A stretch of DNA of 63,563 nucleotides, filler included, from Candidatus Fermentibacterota bacterium (GCA_016928395.1; 5 parts of 5 records of this genome joined end to end with filler, not necessarily neighbours in it); one strand, 5' to 3'. Shown: positions 43,122 to 51,827, counted from the whole stretch's first letter. Made by a program: numbers and translations. Notes: generated from the sequence alone by a model not told the origin.

Positions 43122-45446
43122 CTATCTGTGGCTTTGCCGCCTAAGGTGCTTCGATCCATGGAGCACTTGGATGCGTCGCATCGAACGGTCGAAGGCTTCG
43201 GAGCGTGCATCCCACGTTATCACGTTGTTTCGCCTTGCCTTCTCGGACCAGACCTTGAAGGCATCGCACGCGTAGAAGTCGACCACATTGAGATCGGTAT
43301 CCAAGAAGTATCGGAAGACTGGCTCAGGCATTTTCCAGCCGGGTAGCCGCGCTGATATTTGAACAGAGAGAATAATCACGCCATTATGGTGCTCGACTCG
43401 AGCGTTGGTAGCATCGAGACGACTCATGCCGAGAGCTTCAGGGAGGCCGATCGGAGTGGGAAAGATGATGTAGTCCTGGTAGCCCGTAGCAGCATCGTCA
43501 GTCTCGTACATTGGACCTCGACCGCAGCCTCCTCTCGGATCGAGGACCACGACAACAGGTGAACGGCAAGGAACATTGGTACCCGTACAGATGAATTCCT
43601 CGTACCCATCCTGGTCTATGTCATACACCGCTGACTTCTCGGTACCGTTGCAAAAAAACGCCGACCCATGATGTCCAGGATTCCAGAAGCTGTGAAGGTG
43701 TTCCCCACTGGAGGATAGCACGGCAGTCTGACACACGCCCGTTGGTCGGTGATAACAGCTCACAGCGAGCCAATGATCTTGACAGGTTGGCCCTCGGAGG
43801 AGCACCACGCCACTGATCCCGAAATTGTCGGCGACATCCCACGGCAAGGGGCACTCGAGGTTATTCCCCGCCCTAAAACGCCAGAGTTCATTGCCGCGAG
43901 AGTCGAGGCAGAACAGCGTTCCGGGGACTGAATCTTCGACCGCGGTTCCATAGACTATCTCGGAACCTGCCAGCCCATCCACATCTATCAGTTTGCTGAA
44001 TCGGTTTGTGGTGTGGACGACTGGAAAACGCCGGATGCAGCGTCCCTTGCTATTGGAAAGCAGCATGTGCTGATGGTCCGGAGCCAGCCGCACTTCAGCT
44101 GGACGGGAATCCAGCCACCAAGCCAAGCGTGGAATGCTCCATGCAGCGGCAACCAACACGATGGCACACGCAAAGACTGTCATCAGCCTCCTCCCAGGTC
44201 GACCCTGACTCACGACAGCCATCAGACGCGTCGCGGGTCCACGCTTCTTGATCGTGACAAGGTGGTGCGAGCCGAGTGCATCTCGAATACTCCGCAAGGG
44301 ATAGCACTGCGTTTCGACACGAGACGACGCGAGCAGTCCACGGACAGCGGTTGACATCTCTTCATGCACTTCCGCAGGATAGGCGATCCCCCGTAGTCGC
44401 GAGGCAGCAACCCGTTCGACCTTCTCTCGGAGGCTGCCGACCGGCCGGATCTGTCCCTCCTCGTCCAAGTCACCCGTCCAGGCAATCTGCTGGCTGGGAC
44501 ACATCTGATGAGGAAGATTCAGTTGTTCCCCGAGAGCATTGGCTGCCACAAGCGCGACGGGAAGAAGGATCGATCTACCTTGGATTTCGGCTACCGCTTC
44601 CAGTCGCCCAAGGGTGAATGTGAATTCCAAGTGAGATCGGGCTCCCTCCTCGCCCGCCGAGGGACCGAGGAGGAGCAAGACATGCTCGACCGCGCGCCGG
44701 ATTGCAGCGTCCAAAGCATTAGGGATGCTTCCCCCTTGCGCGTTTCTGATCTGAATCATGATGGATGGCGTCTTGCGAGCCTTGCTCACCTTGAGATATG
44801 CCGACAGCTGAGTCAGATAGCCCTCGCGGTATCGAGCAGGTACGTCTGGCGTGTCCACGAGCACCGTCAGAAGTACGCCAACCGGAACATCATCCGGTCT
44901 CATCAGGTGATACGGCCACACCAACCGATCGTACCCGCCTTGATCCGATTGCCTCGAGTCAATCTCTCGGAGAGCGTCGAGTGTTCCGTCGAGATCATGC
45001 TCCGGGATGGGCACATCCGGGACCAGCCTACTCATGATCCCTTTTGCAGCAGACCAATCTGCACGGATGACGTGCTCAGCAGCCTGAAGGACACGCAATC
45101 TCCCAAGTGCACAGGACAACGTTGTGATACTCCGGCCAGCATCAGTGGATAGATGAGTCTCGATTGTCTGTAGAACATCTGCGAGGAACCCGAGATGCCC
45201 GGAAATCGGAACTGGTCCAAGAGTGAGGTCGCACAGACGAGTCAGCGTATCAACGTGGTAGAACAACACGGATGGCAACTCAGCGAGAGGCGGAAGGGAC
45301 TTCAGATGATCGAGGAGCCGCACTGCGGCTTGCTTCCTTGTGAGAACAGGCAGAGTGATGAGCAGTTCGCTGTGGCGACCGTCGATCAGCGGAAGAGAGT
45401 GCCCCCGGTCGTTAGCCATCACTGCTATTGTGTCAGGAAGCCACAC
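43122..45446 (-). CDS. Single-pass membrane protein: N-terminal helical region + Lon/S16-type protease domain + TM + FG-GAP-like C-terminal domain
   Basis: IQGRSILLPVALVAA..IAWTGDLDEEGQIRPVGSLREKVE..LRGIAYP matches Lon_C (putative S292/K342); hydrophobic residues ~421-445; IDVDG..EIVYGT and YDIDQDGYEEFI repeats. Confidence 0.78.
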   Translation of the reverse strand: MWLPDTIAVMANDRGHSLPLIDGRHSELLITLPVLTRKQAAVRLLDHLKSLPPLAELPSVLFYHVDTLTRLCDLTLGPVPISGHLGFLADVLQTIETHLSTDAGRSITTLSCALGRLRVLQAAEHVIRADWSAAKGIMSRLVPDVPIPEHDLDGTLDALREIDSRQSDQGGYDRLVWPYHLMRPDDVPVGVLLTVLVDTPDVPARYREGYLTQLSAYLKVSKARKTPSIMIQIRNAQGGSIPNALDAAIRRAVEHVLLLLGPSAGEEGARSHLEFTFTLGRLEAVAEIQGRSILLPVALVAANALGEQLNLPHQMCPSQQIAWTGDLDEEGQIRPVGSLREKVERVAASRLRGIAYPAEVHEEMSTAVRGLLASSRVETQCYPLRSIRDALGSHHLVTIKKRGPATRLMAVVSQGRPGRRLMTVFACAIVLVAAAWSIPRLAWWLDSRPAEVRLAPDHQHMLLSNSKGRCIRRFPVVHTTNRFSKLIDVDGLAGSEIVYGTAVEDSVPGTLFCLDSRGNELWRFRAGNNLECPLPWDVADNFGISGVVLLRGPTCQDHWLAVSCYHRPTGVCQTAVLSSSGEHLHSFWNPGHHGSAFFCNGTEKSAVYDIDQDGYEEFICTGTNVPCRSPVVVVLDPRGGCGRGPMYETDDAATGYQDYIIFPTPIGLPEALGMSRLDATNARVEHHNGVIILSVQISARLPGWKMPEPVFRYFLDTDLNVVDFYACDAFKVWSEKARRNNVITWDARSEAFDRSMRRIQVLHGSKHLRRQSHR

Positions 45447-46353
45447 CTACGACGTATGCAGTCAAGGAGAATTCACGCGCTTCAGTGTCCTCATCTGACA
45501 CCCATCCGATCCCTCCCGCGTCAACAGAGATAAGCTCTTCACGCGAGCCATGAGAAACATAGGCGCGCAAGCTGCACTTGGGATGTCTCGTAGTCATGTC
45601 GCTGAGATCGAGTCTATAGCGTCTTCCAGCGGCAGTTTCGATCAGCGAGACGATGAGTTTGTATCCCTGGCGAGAGGTGATGGTCACTGCCCCTTCTGCG
45701 ACCAGCGAATCATGGAGAGCACGAGGTTGGAGGTGGAAATGTGCATCACCGTGGAAGAGGACCACGGACGTATCCGCGGGGGACAAGGCGGGCGCATCTT
45801 CGACGATTAGGCAGCCCTTCACGTCGGGCCTGCCCTCGTAGTAGAACCCCACTTTCGGATTCGAGATCACCAAAATGCTCTCGCCCAGCCATGGCACGTC
45901 CTCTCCAATGAGGTACAGCCGCACCTGGCCAGACCAGGCTTGCCGAAGCGAGCGCAGCAGAATCGATCCATCTTCGGAGACGAAAGCATCGATGTCGCCC
46001 TCGCCACCAGTGTCTGCTGCCAAAGCGCGTGGCGCTGTGATTGGCGTCATCGGTTGATGTCGGGGGTAGAACCTGACGACATTAGAGGCAGAAGGAGATA
46101 CGCGTCGCGCCAGCACCCGTTGCCATAGATCCGGTCGGTCTTCCACCTCCGCACTTTTGCGATGCGCAACTCGCACACAATCGACGAGGATGTCACAGCA
46201 GTACTGGCACTCCGAGAAGTGCCCCTCAAGCACGGACCGGAGTTCATCCGAAATCGCTCCCGAGAGGTATGAGGCGAGCAGCATTTCGTCGGGGCACGAG
46301 ATCGGCGGATTCTCAAGCATTGCAGCGCTCCATATGAGTTCGCGTCTTGGCAT
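45433..46353 (-). CDS. Soluble zinc-finger (zf-HC2/ZAS) anti-sigma factor-like protein
   Basis: CPDEMLLASYLSG.IS..LRS.LEGHFSECQYC (HxxxCxxC); no hydrophobic TM; directly downstream of the ECF sigma gene. Confidence 0.82.
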   Translation of the reverse strand: MPRRELIWSAAMLENPPISCPDEMLLASYLSGAISDELRSVLEGHFSECQYCCDILVDCVRVAHRKSAEVEDRPDLWQRVLARRVSPSASNVVRFYPRHQPMTPITAPRALAADTGGEGDIDAFVSEDGSILLRSLRQAWSGQVRLYLIGEDVPWLGESILVISNPKVGFYYEGRPDVKGCLIVEDAPALSPADTSVVLFHGDAHFHLQPRALHDSLVAEGAVTITSRQGYKLIVSLIETAAGRRYRLDLSDMTTRHPKCSLRAYVSHGSREELISVDAGGIGWVSDEDTEAREFSLTAYVVGVAS

Positions 46354-46397
46354 TCACAAGACTCAGCCCTCGTTCAATGCCGCAAGCATGCGACCGC

Positions 46398-47036
46398 TTA
46401 CTCCAGGGCATTTCCGGGGCCCTCGCATGAACAACGGCTAAGGCTCTCGTTTTGCTGGAGAGCACTGCGCATTTTCACCTTGGCCTGTGCTATCGAGGAC
46501 GATACCGCTCCGATTGTGACTCGCGCCAACTCTGCGATTTCGCGATACTTCAGACCGCCAAAGTAGAATAGCCGCACGTAGTAGCGTTCCCTTTCGGAGA
46601 GGCAGCCGAGAGCCGCATTGAGGGATTCCTCCGTGCAGATGGCCTCCAGAGGATCCAGTTCCATGTGTCCTTCAGAGGAAGCGGCCAGGCCTGGCGCACC
46701 CCGTATGTAGGGCGACGCGTCACCAATCGGGATGACAAAACGATCATGTCTGAGGTGATCGCGATAGAGGTTTCTGGCGATGATGAGGAGCCACCATCGG
46801 AATTGGTGATCCGAGGCAAAAGCGGCATCCCTGATTCGTTGGCCGTTCTTGGCCATCAACCGGCAGAAGAGCTCGATGAGAATGTCATCCGCAGTGTCGG
46901 GGTCAGCGCCTGATTGCCGAAGAAAACCCGTGATCGTTCCAGAGTGCTCAACAAAAAGCCTGTGCCACGCTTCTACATCGCCCTCGATGCACCTCTGGAG
47001 TATTGAGAGAATCGGGTTTCCTCGTTGTTCGCTCAA
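46398..47036 (-). CDS. ECF-type RNA polymerase sigma factor
   Basis: GDVEAW..LF, ADDILIELF, FRWWLLIIARNLYRDHLR (region 2); LSERER..L.Y..GLKYREIAE..IGAVSSSI..AK.KMR (region 4). Confidence 0.92.
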   Translation of the reverse strand: MSEQRGNPILSILQRCIEGDVEAWHRLFVEHSGTITGFLRQSGADPDTADDILIELFCRLMAKNGQRIRDAAFASDHQFRWWLLIIARNLYRDHLRHDRFVIPIGDASPYIRGAPGLAASSEGHMELDPLEAICTEESLNAALGCLSERERYYVRLFYFGGLKYREIAELARVTIGAVSSSIAQAKVKMRSALQQNESLSRCSCEGPGNALE

Positions 47037-47261
47037 GGGCCAATCCTATGCACGTTGGCAAAATGTAAGCTTGCTATGGCTGAACGGGGCGTATCGGGAG
47101 CGTGACGGCGGTAATCTTTCGAGCTCCAGAGACGAGTTGACTCCACGAGCATCGTCTTCCCCCATGGGACGCGGCAGTGGCCGCGACGTAAGAACCACGC
47201 GGTGGTGTGTGCGGAAGTGTAGCGCGCGGGGGGCGGGAATGCAAGCGCGGTGGGGAAGCAG

Positions 47262-47420
47262 GGTTCACCACCAAGACACGAAGGACACCAAGGAAGCAAG
47301 AACTTCACCATGAAGAACATGAAGGGCATGAAGAGTGACGAGAGAATGAAACGATGTCCTGCATTCTCTCGCCACAGGTGTGCCTTGCCCTGCGGGGCGG
47401 GGGACCAGTCGGCAGTAGGG
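47262..47420 (+). repeat. Repeat mosaic (ACACGAAGG/CATGAAG nonamers, hairpin, GGCAGT tail)
   Basis: GAGTGACGAGAGAATG..CCTGCATTCTCTCGCCAC..GCCTTGCCCTGCGGGGCGGGG..CAGTCGGCAGTAGG also occurs at ~49597-49680. Confidence 0.82.
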
Positions 47421-47485
47421 ACAATGGAGGGTCAGACATCGCACTATTGCATTCTCCGGGACCAGAGGGAAGACAGCCTGCAAGG

Positions 47486-47704
47486 TCAATCGACCTTCTC
47501 GCCACACTGCCGCCCCTCGGCGTCATACTCGCCCGTGGATTCGCGGACTTTGCGGGTGGGCGGCATCTCCTCCACCACCTTCCCATCACGCCAGATGACA
47601 AGGGGTCTGCCTCGGCGACGATGTTCTTCTATCACCCCGTCCACGGCCGCACGCATTGCGGCCATCGCCTTCTCAGTCAGTGTGTCTTCCTTCTTGTGCG
47701 TCAT
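47486..47704 (-). CDS. Small protein coupled to the zeta-like ATPase (putative antitoxin/partner)
   Basis: ATGA overlap with the upstream gene, GGAGG RBS, sequence AV..VIEEHRRRGRPLVIWRDGKVV. Confidence 0.7.
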   Translation of the reverse strand: MTHKKEDTLTEKAMAAMRAAVDGVIEEHRRRGRPLVIWRDGKVVEEMPPTRKVRESTGEYDAEGRQCGEKVD

Positions 47705-48282
47705 CGGTGTCCTCCGGCTGTCGCGATGATCCTATCATAGAGACGTCGATCGATAATCGTCACCTCACCTTGTTCCTCGTGAAAGACCATTCTTGGCTCA
47801 GCCGTAGAATTGTCAAAGAAATGCAGGGAATCAAGTTCTTTGCGATAGACACAGAACAGGTTTCTGAGGCTGCGGCTGTAACGCCTCCGTACGTCCGTTT
47901 CCGGCACATCGTGGCCACCCTGGTCGACCCGGTCCCTGATTCGCGCCACCGCCATCTCAGCACTGGGTATCCAGAGATAGAACATGTGTGCCCGATACCC
48001 CGTCACACGAATGGACCGGATGAGGTTGAGATGCGTGCGGCCCGAGAGCGTCGTCTCGAACGCAAAATCATCCCGGCGCCGGACGGATTCCGCAATCTCC
48101 TCAAGAACGAGGCGCCCTGCCTTCACTATCGCCCTGCTTGGGTCGAAAGGAGATAGCCCACCTGCGATGAGATCAGGATTGATGAAATTCAGGCAATGCG
48201 CGTACCTGGGCAGAAATTCCCGCGCGAACGTAGTCTTGCCGGCTCCGTTCGACCCTGCGACGATATGGCACTCAAGCACCAC
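47701..48282 (-). CDS. Zeta-toxin-like / AAA_33 P-loop protein
   Basis: IVAGSNGAGKTTFAREFLP, FINPDLIAGGLSP, FAFETTLSG, RIRDRVDQGGHDVPE..VRRRY, FFDNS. Confidence 0.88.
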   Translation of the reverse strand: MVLECHIVAGSNGAGKTTFAREFLPRYAHCLNFINPDLIAGGLSPFDPSRAIVKAGRLVLEEIAESVRRRDDFAFETTLSGRTHLNLIRSIRVTGYRAHMFYLWIPSAEMAVARIRDRVDQGGHDVPETDVRRRYSRSLRNLFCVYRKELDSLHFFDNSTAEPRMVFHEEQGEVTIIDRRLYDRIIATAGGHR

Positions 48283-48486
48283 TCACCACCCGAGGAAGCA
48301 GGGTTTGAGCACCTTGGGGACGTACATGAAATCAGTACTTTCCGCCCTCGCCGCGGCCAACGGCCGCCTCGCCGACCACAAGTGCAGCGTACTCGGATGT
48401 CCATGCCGTATCGACTTCTCCCTCGCACTCGCCGCATTGATCGCATCCAACGGCAACGCCACCTCAATGAGCTTCCTGTGGTTCAC
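48283..48486 (-). pseudogene. N-terminal fragment of a DUF1156 (DNA methylase-associated) gene
   Basis: [45 protein letters not shown]; similarity stops after about 48 aa; AGGAG RBS. Confidence 0.8.
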
Positions 48487-48699
48487 TCTGTCTCCTGGGT
48501 TTGGCATGCGGCATACCCGATCCATTCTCGGGCATCGGCCGGTTGGGCCCGGCTCTCTAATGCCACGCGAGAAGCGGATCGCTTGTGGATCATCTGACGC
48601 AGGCTGAGGCATATCAGACGATTGCCGGACGATTCCGGCGTGCGTGGTGATGAGCCGCATCGATGGATTAGACCAAGTCGTCGATGGATTGTCGATGGA

Positions 48700-48834
48700 T
48701 TACGCATGGTTACCTGCAGAAACGTACCTGGTGCTTCGACCGCTTCCAACCGGCTCAATCAAACCTAAGTCTACCAAACCTTGAAGGTCTCGGTACGCAG
48801 TGTTGTGGTCAACGAGTAGGGTCAAGTATTGCAT
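48700..48834 (-). pseudogene. C-terminal winged-HTH remnant of a Fic/AlbA-type gene
   Basis: Manual translation MQYLTLLVDHNTAYRDLQGLVDLGLIEPVGSGRSTRYVSAGNHA* (below the ORF-track cut-off). Confidence 0.6.
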
Positions 48835-49181
48835 TGTGGGATTTGGATGGGCGGATTGAGCAGCACGAATCGCCGCGCCTGCAGGCGCGTGCCTTGTATG
48901 GAGAAGCCAATGTGGAGCGGAATCCGGTCGAGTCCATCGCTGCCCCAGGGTGAAGGCTCTCTATCGAGTAAGGAAATAGGAGTAAGGAGTGAGGAGATGA
49001 AGAGGTCAAGGGGTGAAGAGGTGAAGGGGGAAAGAGGGCCGGAGTGAACCCTGAACCCTTGACCTTGGCAGAGAGCTGATAGCTGAGAGCTGCCGCGCAG
49101 CGGCAACCGTGCCCACTCCAGGGCGCAGATTCTCGTTAGACAACTTCGGAACCGGCGCCGGGGATTCCCCGTAGCTCGACA

Positions 49182-49277
49182 TTTCACCAACGTGCCTAAA
49201 CCGCTTCAACCCTACACCACAACCGTGGCTTCATGCGGTCTTCTCTTCTACTCGTGGAACTAGGGACGTTGGTAAAA
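49182..49277. repeat. 96-bp imperfect inverted repeat, attC-like ends
   Basis: TTTCACCAACGTGCCTA...TAGGGACGTTGGTAAAA, 15 of 17 positions complementary. Confidence 0.45.
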
Positions 49278-49310
49278 TGGTAAGTTACCGATCGAGTATG
49301 GCCCCCGAAG

Positions 49311-49338
49311 CCCACTATTCTAAGGTTAGAATAGTGGG
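49311..49338. promoter_or_regulatory. Perfect palindrome with 13-bp arms (operator-like)
   Basis: CCCACTATTCTAA-GG-TTAGAATAGTGGG. Confidence 0.55.
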
Positions 49339-49405
49339 TAAATACGGCCCGGCGGGCCATGGAAGGGCATGGGATGTGGGATGAGAGTGCGGGCATGCTT
49401 CCCCC

Positions 49406-49492
49406 TGGGAATGCGGAGCAACCCCACGCGACGGCACTACGCCGTCACCACAGCAGGGCAAACGGTATGGCGGGAGGAGGGGGAAGTCAAGA
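49406..49492 (-). repeat. 87-bp repeat at contig end carrying a sigma70-like promoter
   Basis: Identical to 59707-59793; minus strand reads TTGACT-N17-TACCGT. Confidence 0.85.
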
Positions 49493-49592
49493 NNNNNNNN
49501 NNNNNNNNNNNNNNNNNNNNNNNNNNNNNNNNNNNNTTAATTAATTAANNNNNNNNNNNNNNNNNNNNNNNNNNNNNNNNNNNNNNNNNNNN
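49493..49592. other. Artificial contig linker
   Basis: N/TTAATTAATTAA/N, 100 nt. Confidence 0.99.
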
Positions 49593-49810
49593 GGGAGAGT
49601 GACGAGAGAATGGGAAGTATCCTGCATTCTCTCGCCACGGGGGCCTTGCCCTGCGGGGCGGGGGATCAGTCGGCAGTAGGCAGTCGGCAGTAGGCAGTCG
49701 GCAGTCGGCAGTCGGCAGTCGGCAGTCGGCAGTATTCAGAATTCAGAAGGCCCATCCATCCATCCAACCCCGACCCCTGAACCCTGGGGCCTGCGAGCGA
49801 AGCGAAGCCG
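49593..49810 (+). repeat. Repeat mosaic with (CAGT[C/A]GG)n heptamer tandem
   Basis: Hairpin 49599-49638, about nine heptamers ~49667-49733, CCATCCATCC, GCGAGCGAAGCGAAGCC. Confidence 0.85.
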
Positions 49811-49851
49811 CCGTGACTCGATTATCGAGTAGCCTGCCAGAGTGGCTCAGT

Positions 49852-51246
49852 CTATGATGCCACCTCCCAATGTCCGCCCTTGTCTGATCCCACGCGACGG
49901 AGCAAACCATTGGCCTGCAACCTCTTAATGTGGTACTTGACACCACTATCGGATATACCCAGCTCCATTGCCAGTTCCCGGCGGGTGCTACGTGGGTTCA
50001 GGCGGATCAAAGCCACGATCTTCTGGGCAGTTTTCTGGGCAGTTTTCTGGGCAGTTCCTGCCCCGGGTCTTGGCCCATTCTCATCACTACCGGGGGTTCC
50101 GCCCTTCATGGCGAACTCGGGAGAACGGTGGAAGATCGCCCGGAAGAACCCGTCCGGCTCGAAGACCGGCTCCCTGAGTCCTGCCGCCATCATTGCCTCC
50201 TTCATCCTCCGAATCCCCATGCCGATGCGTTCAACTTTGTGCAGACGGAAGAAGAGGTCCGCGATCAGCTCGTTCCTTCGGATCGACACCGTGCCGAGAT
50301 CCCGCACGGACAGACCCTTTGGGAGGCCACCCGGGTTCACGATCTCAACCCTGTCGTCATAGACCTCCACACTCACCTGGGTGCCGGCGATGCTATAGTC
50401 TCGATGCATAAGGGCGTTGACCACAGCCTCGCGCAACACCTCTAGCGGGATCTCGTAGATGTCCTCGCGATTTACCCCCTTGATGACGCTTCGGACATTC
50501 AAGTGCTTCCTGAGAAACGCCACCGCCTCATTGAACTGGGTGAGCAAATCGCCCCGTACATCACGCCGATCATAGATGTGAAGCCGCTCTGTTCCCTTGA
50601 ACGCAAGAAGGGTTGCCTGGGCCTGATGCAGATGGCCGTACACATCTTTGGCGAAGAAGAGGATGCCCGCGTTCTTGACCCGTGTTTCATCTGCCACTCT
50701 GAGGCTGCGCAAGAAGTCGGGCACGGCGATAGAACCGATGCGGATGCCCGCTTCCTTGGTGAACGCACGAATCCTCGACACCGAGATGCCGTCGAAGGAG
50801 AAATCCCGGACCGTTCTTTCCTCGAAAGGCAACGGCTCATTCTCAGCGAACATGATCCTCAGTTCGTCGTGACTCATCTTCTGTGTCGTGGCGTCGAGCC
50901 TCCGGTAATACCCGGACCTACAGGAGTATGGTTTCTCTCCACCCTCCGGCACGACAATGGCCACGACCTTGTCGACCTGCAGAAGCTCCACAGCGATCGC
51001 CGGCTTGCAGTTCCGCGAAAGGCTGTTGATCTTGGCCTTCAAGTCATTCGAAAGGTGCTCACCTACGATGGACCCGTCCTCGCGCACGCCCAGGAGTAGG
51101 GACCCGCCCTTAGCGTTGGCGAAGGCCACAAGATCCTCATCTATTCGGGGAGAATAGCGTTCTTTGAACTCAACGGTGAGTCCTTCGCCCTCGAGGAGCA
51201 GAAGCCGCACCTGATCGCAAGCTGCGGCGGGATCGGTGGGAGGCAT
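49852..51246 (-). CDS. AlbA_2 (Schlafen-like) + HATPase_c_4 + wHTH protein
   Basis: EGEGLTVEFK..LVAFANAKGG..LGV; LREAVVNALMHRDY; DRVEIVNPGGL; ERIGMGI; C-terminal RRVGSDKGGHWEV. Confidence 0.9.
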   Translation of the reverse strand: MPPTDPAAACDQVRLLLLEGEGLTVEFKERYSPRIDEDLVAFANAKGGSLLLGVREDGSIVGEHLSNDLKAKINSLSRNCKPAIAVELLQVDKVVAIVVPEGGEKPYSCRSGYYRRLDATTQKMSHDELRIMFAENEPLPFEERTVRDFSFDGISVSRIRAFTKEAGIRIGSIAVPDFLRSLRVADETRVKNAGILFFAKDVYGHLHQAQATLLAFKGTERLHIYDRRDVRGDLLTQFNEAVAFLRKHLNVRSVIKGVNREDIYEIPLEVLREAVVNALMHRDYSIAGTQVSVEVYDDRVEIVNPGGLPKGLSVRDLGTVSIRRNELIADLFFRLHKVERIGMGIRRMKEAMMAAGLREPVFEPDGFFRAIFHRSPEFAMKGGTPGSDENGPRPGAGTAQKTAQKTAQKIVALIRLNPRSTRRELAMELGISDSGVKYHIKRLQANGLLRRVGSDKGGHWEVAS

Positions 51247-51399
51247 TCTTGTCAGTCCTTCACCTGCAGACTCTGTTTATTGGACCGCAGTTGAAACCTT
51301 GCCGAGATGACGCGGACCTCAGCTGCACCCCGTTGAGGCCTGCGGGTGATGCCCGGCGCGCTGCGCGCTATGCCCTCTCCCTCGAGGCTCGGGGCAAGG

Positions 51400-51680
51400 C
51401 CAGTCGGCAGTCAGGAGCAAACACTAAGGTTGGAGGAGGGGGAAGTCAAGAACGGAGGGAAGGGCTCACGCAAAGAGGTGAAGAGGTAAAGAAGTGAAGA
51501 GGTAAAGAAGCAAAGAAGTCGGCCTGAATCCTGGAACCTGCGAGCGAAGCGAGGCCCAAGGGGCAAAGAAGTAAAAGAAGTAAAGAGGTAAAGAAGTGAA
51601 GAAGTGAAGAAGAGAGCGAGTCGGCAGCCCGGACTGAGAACTGACAACTGAAGACTGAGAACTGCGAGCGCAGCGACGCG
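51400..51680 (+). repeat. Repeat mosaic with (AAGA[A/G]GT[A/G])n octamers and a promoter variant
   Basis: GGAGGAGGGGGAAGTCAAGA shared with the 87-bp repeat; octamer runs ~51472-51612; GCGAGCGAAGCGA. Confidence 0.8.
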
Positions 51681-51827
51681 GAGTGAGGAGGTGGGGCGGG
51701 GGGTTCATTTTCACTTTGCGAGATAGCGCCTCAGAGGATAGGTTCCCGATACTCAGCGTATGGGCGAGTATGCGCTTTTCCGGGGTATTCGCCGTCGTGT
51801 CAGTGGCCAGAAAGAAGGAGTGCCGTA

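Noticed and set aside
560-47036. Functional link between the CRISPR locus and the Lon/anti-sigma/sigma cassette
   Set aside because: They lie on different contigs; the CRISPR system is type I-C with no Cas10, and the protease shows no SAVED/CARF domain
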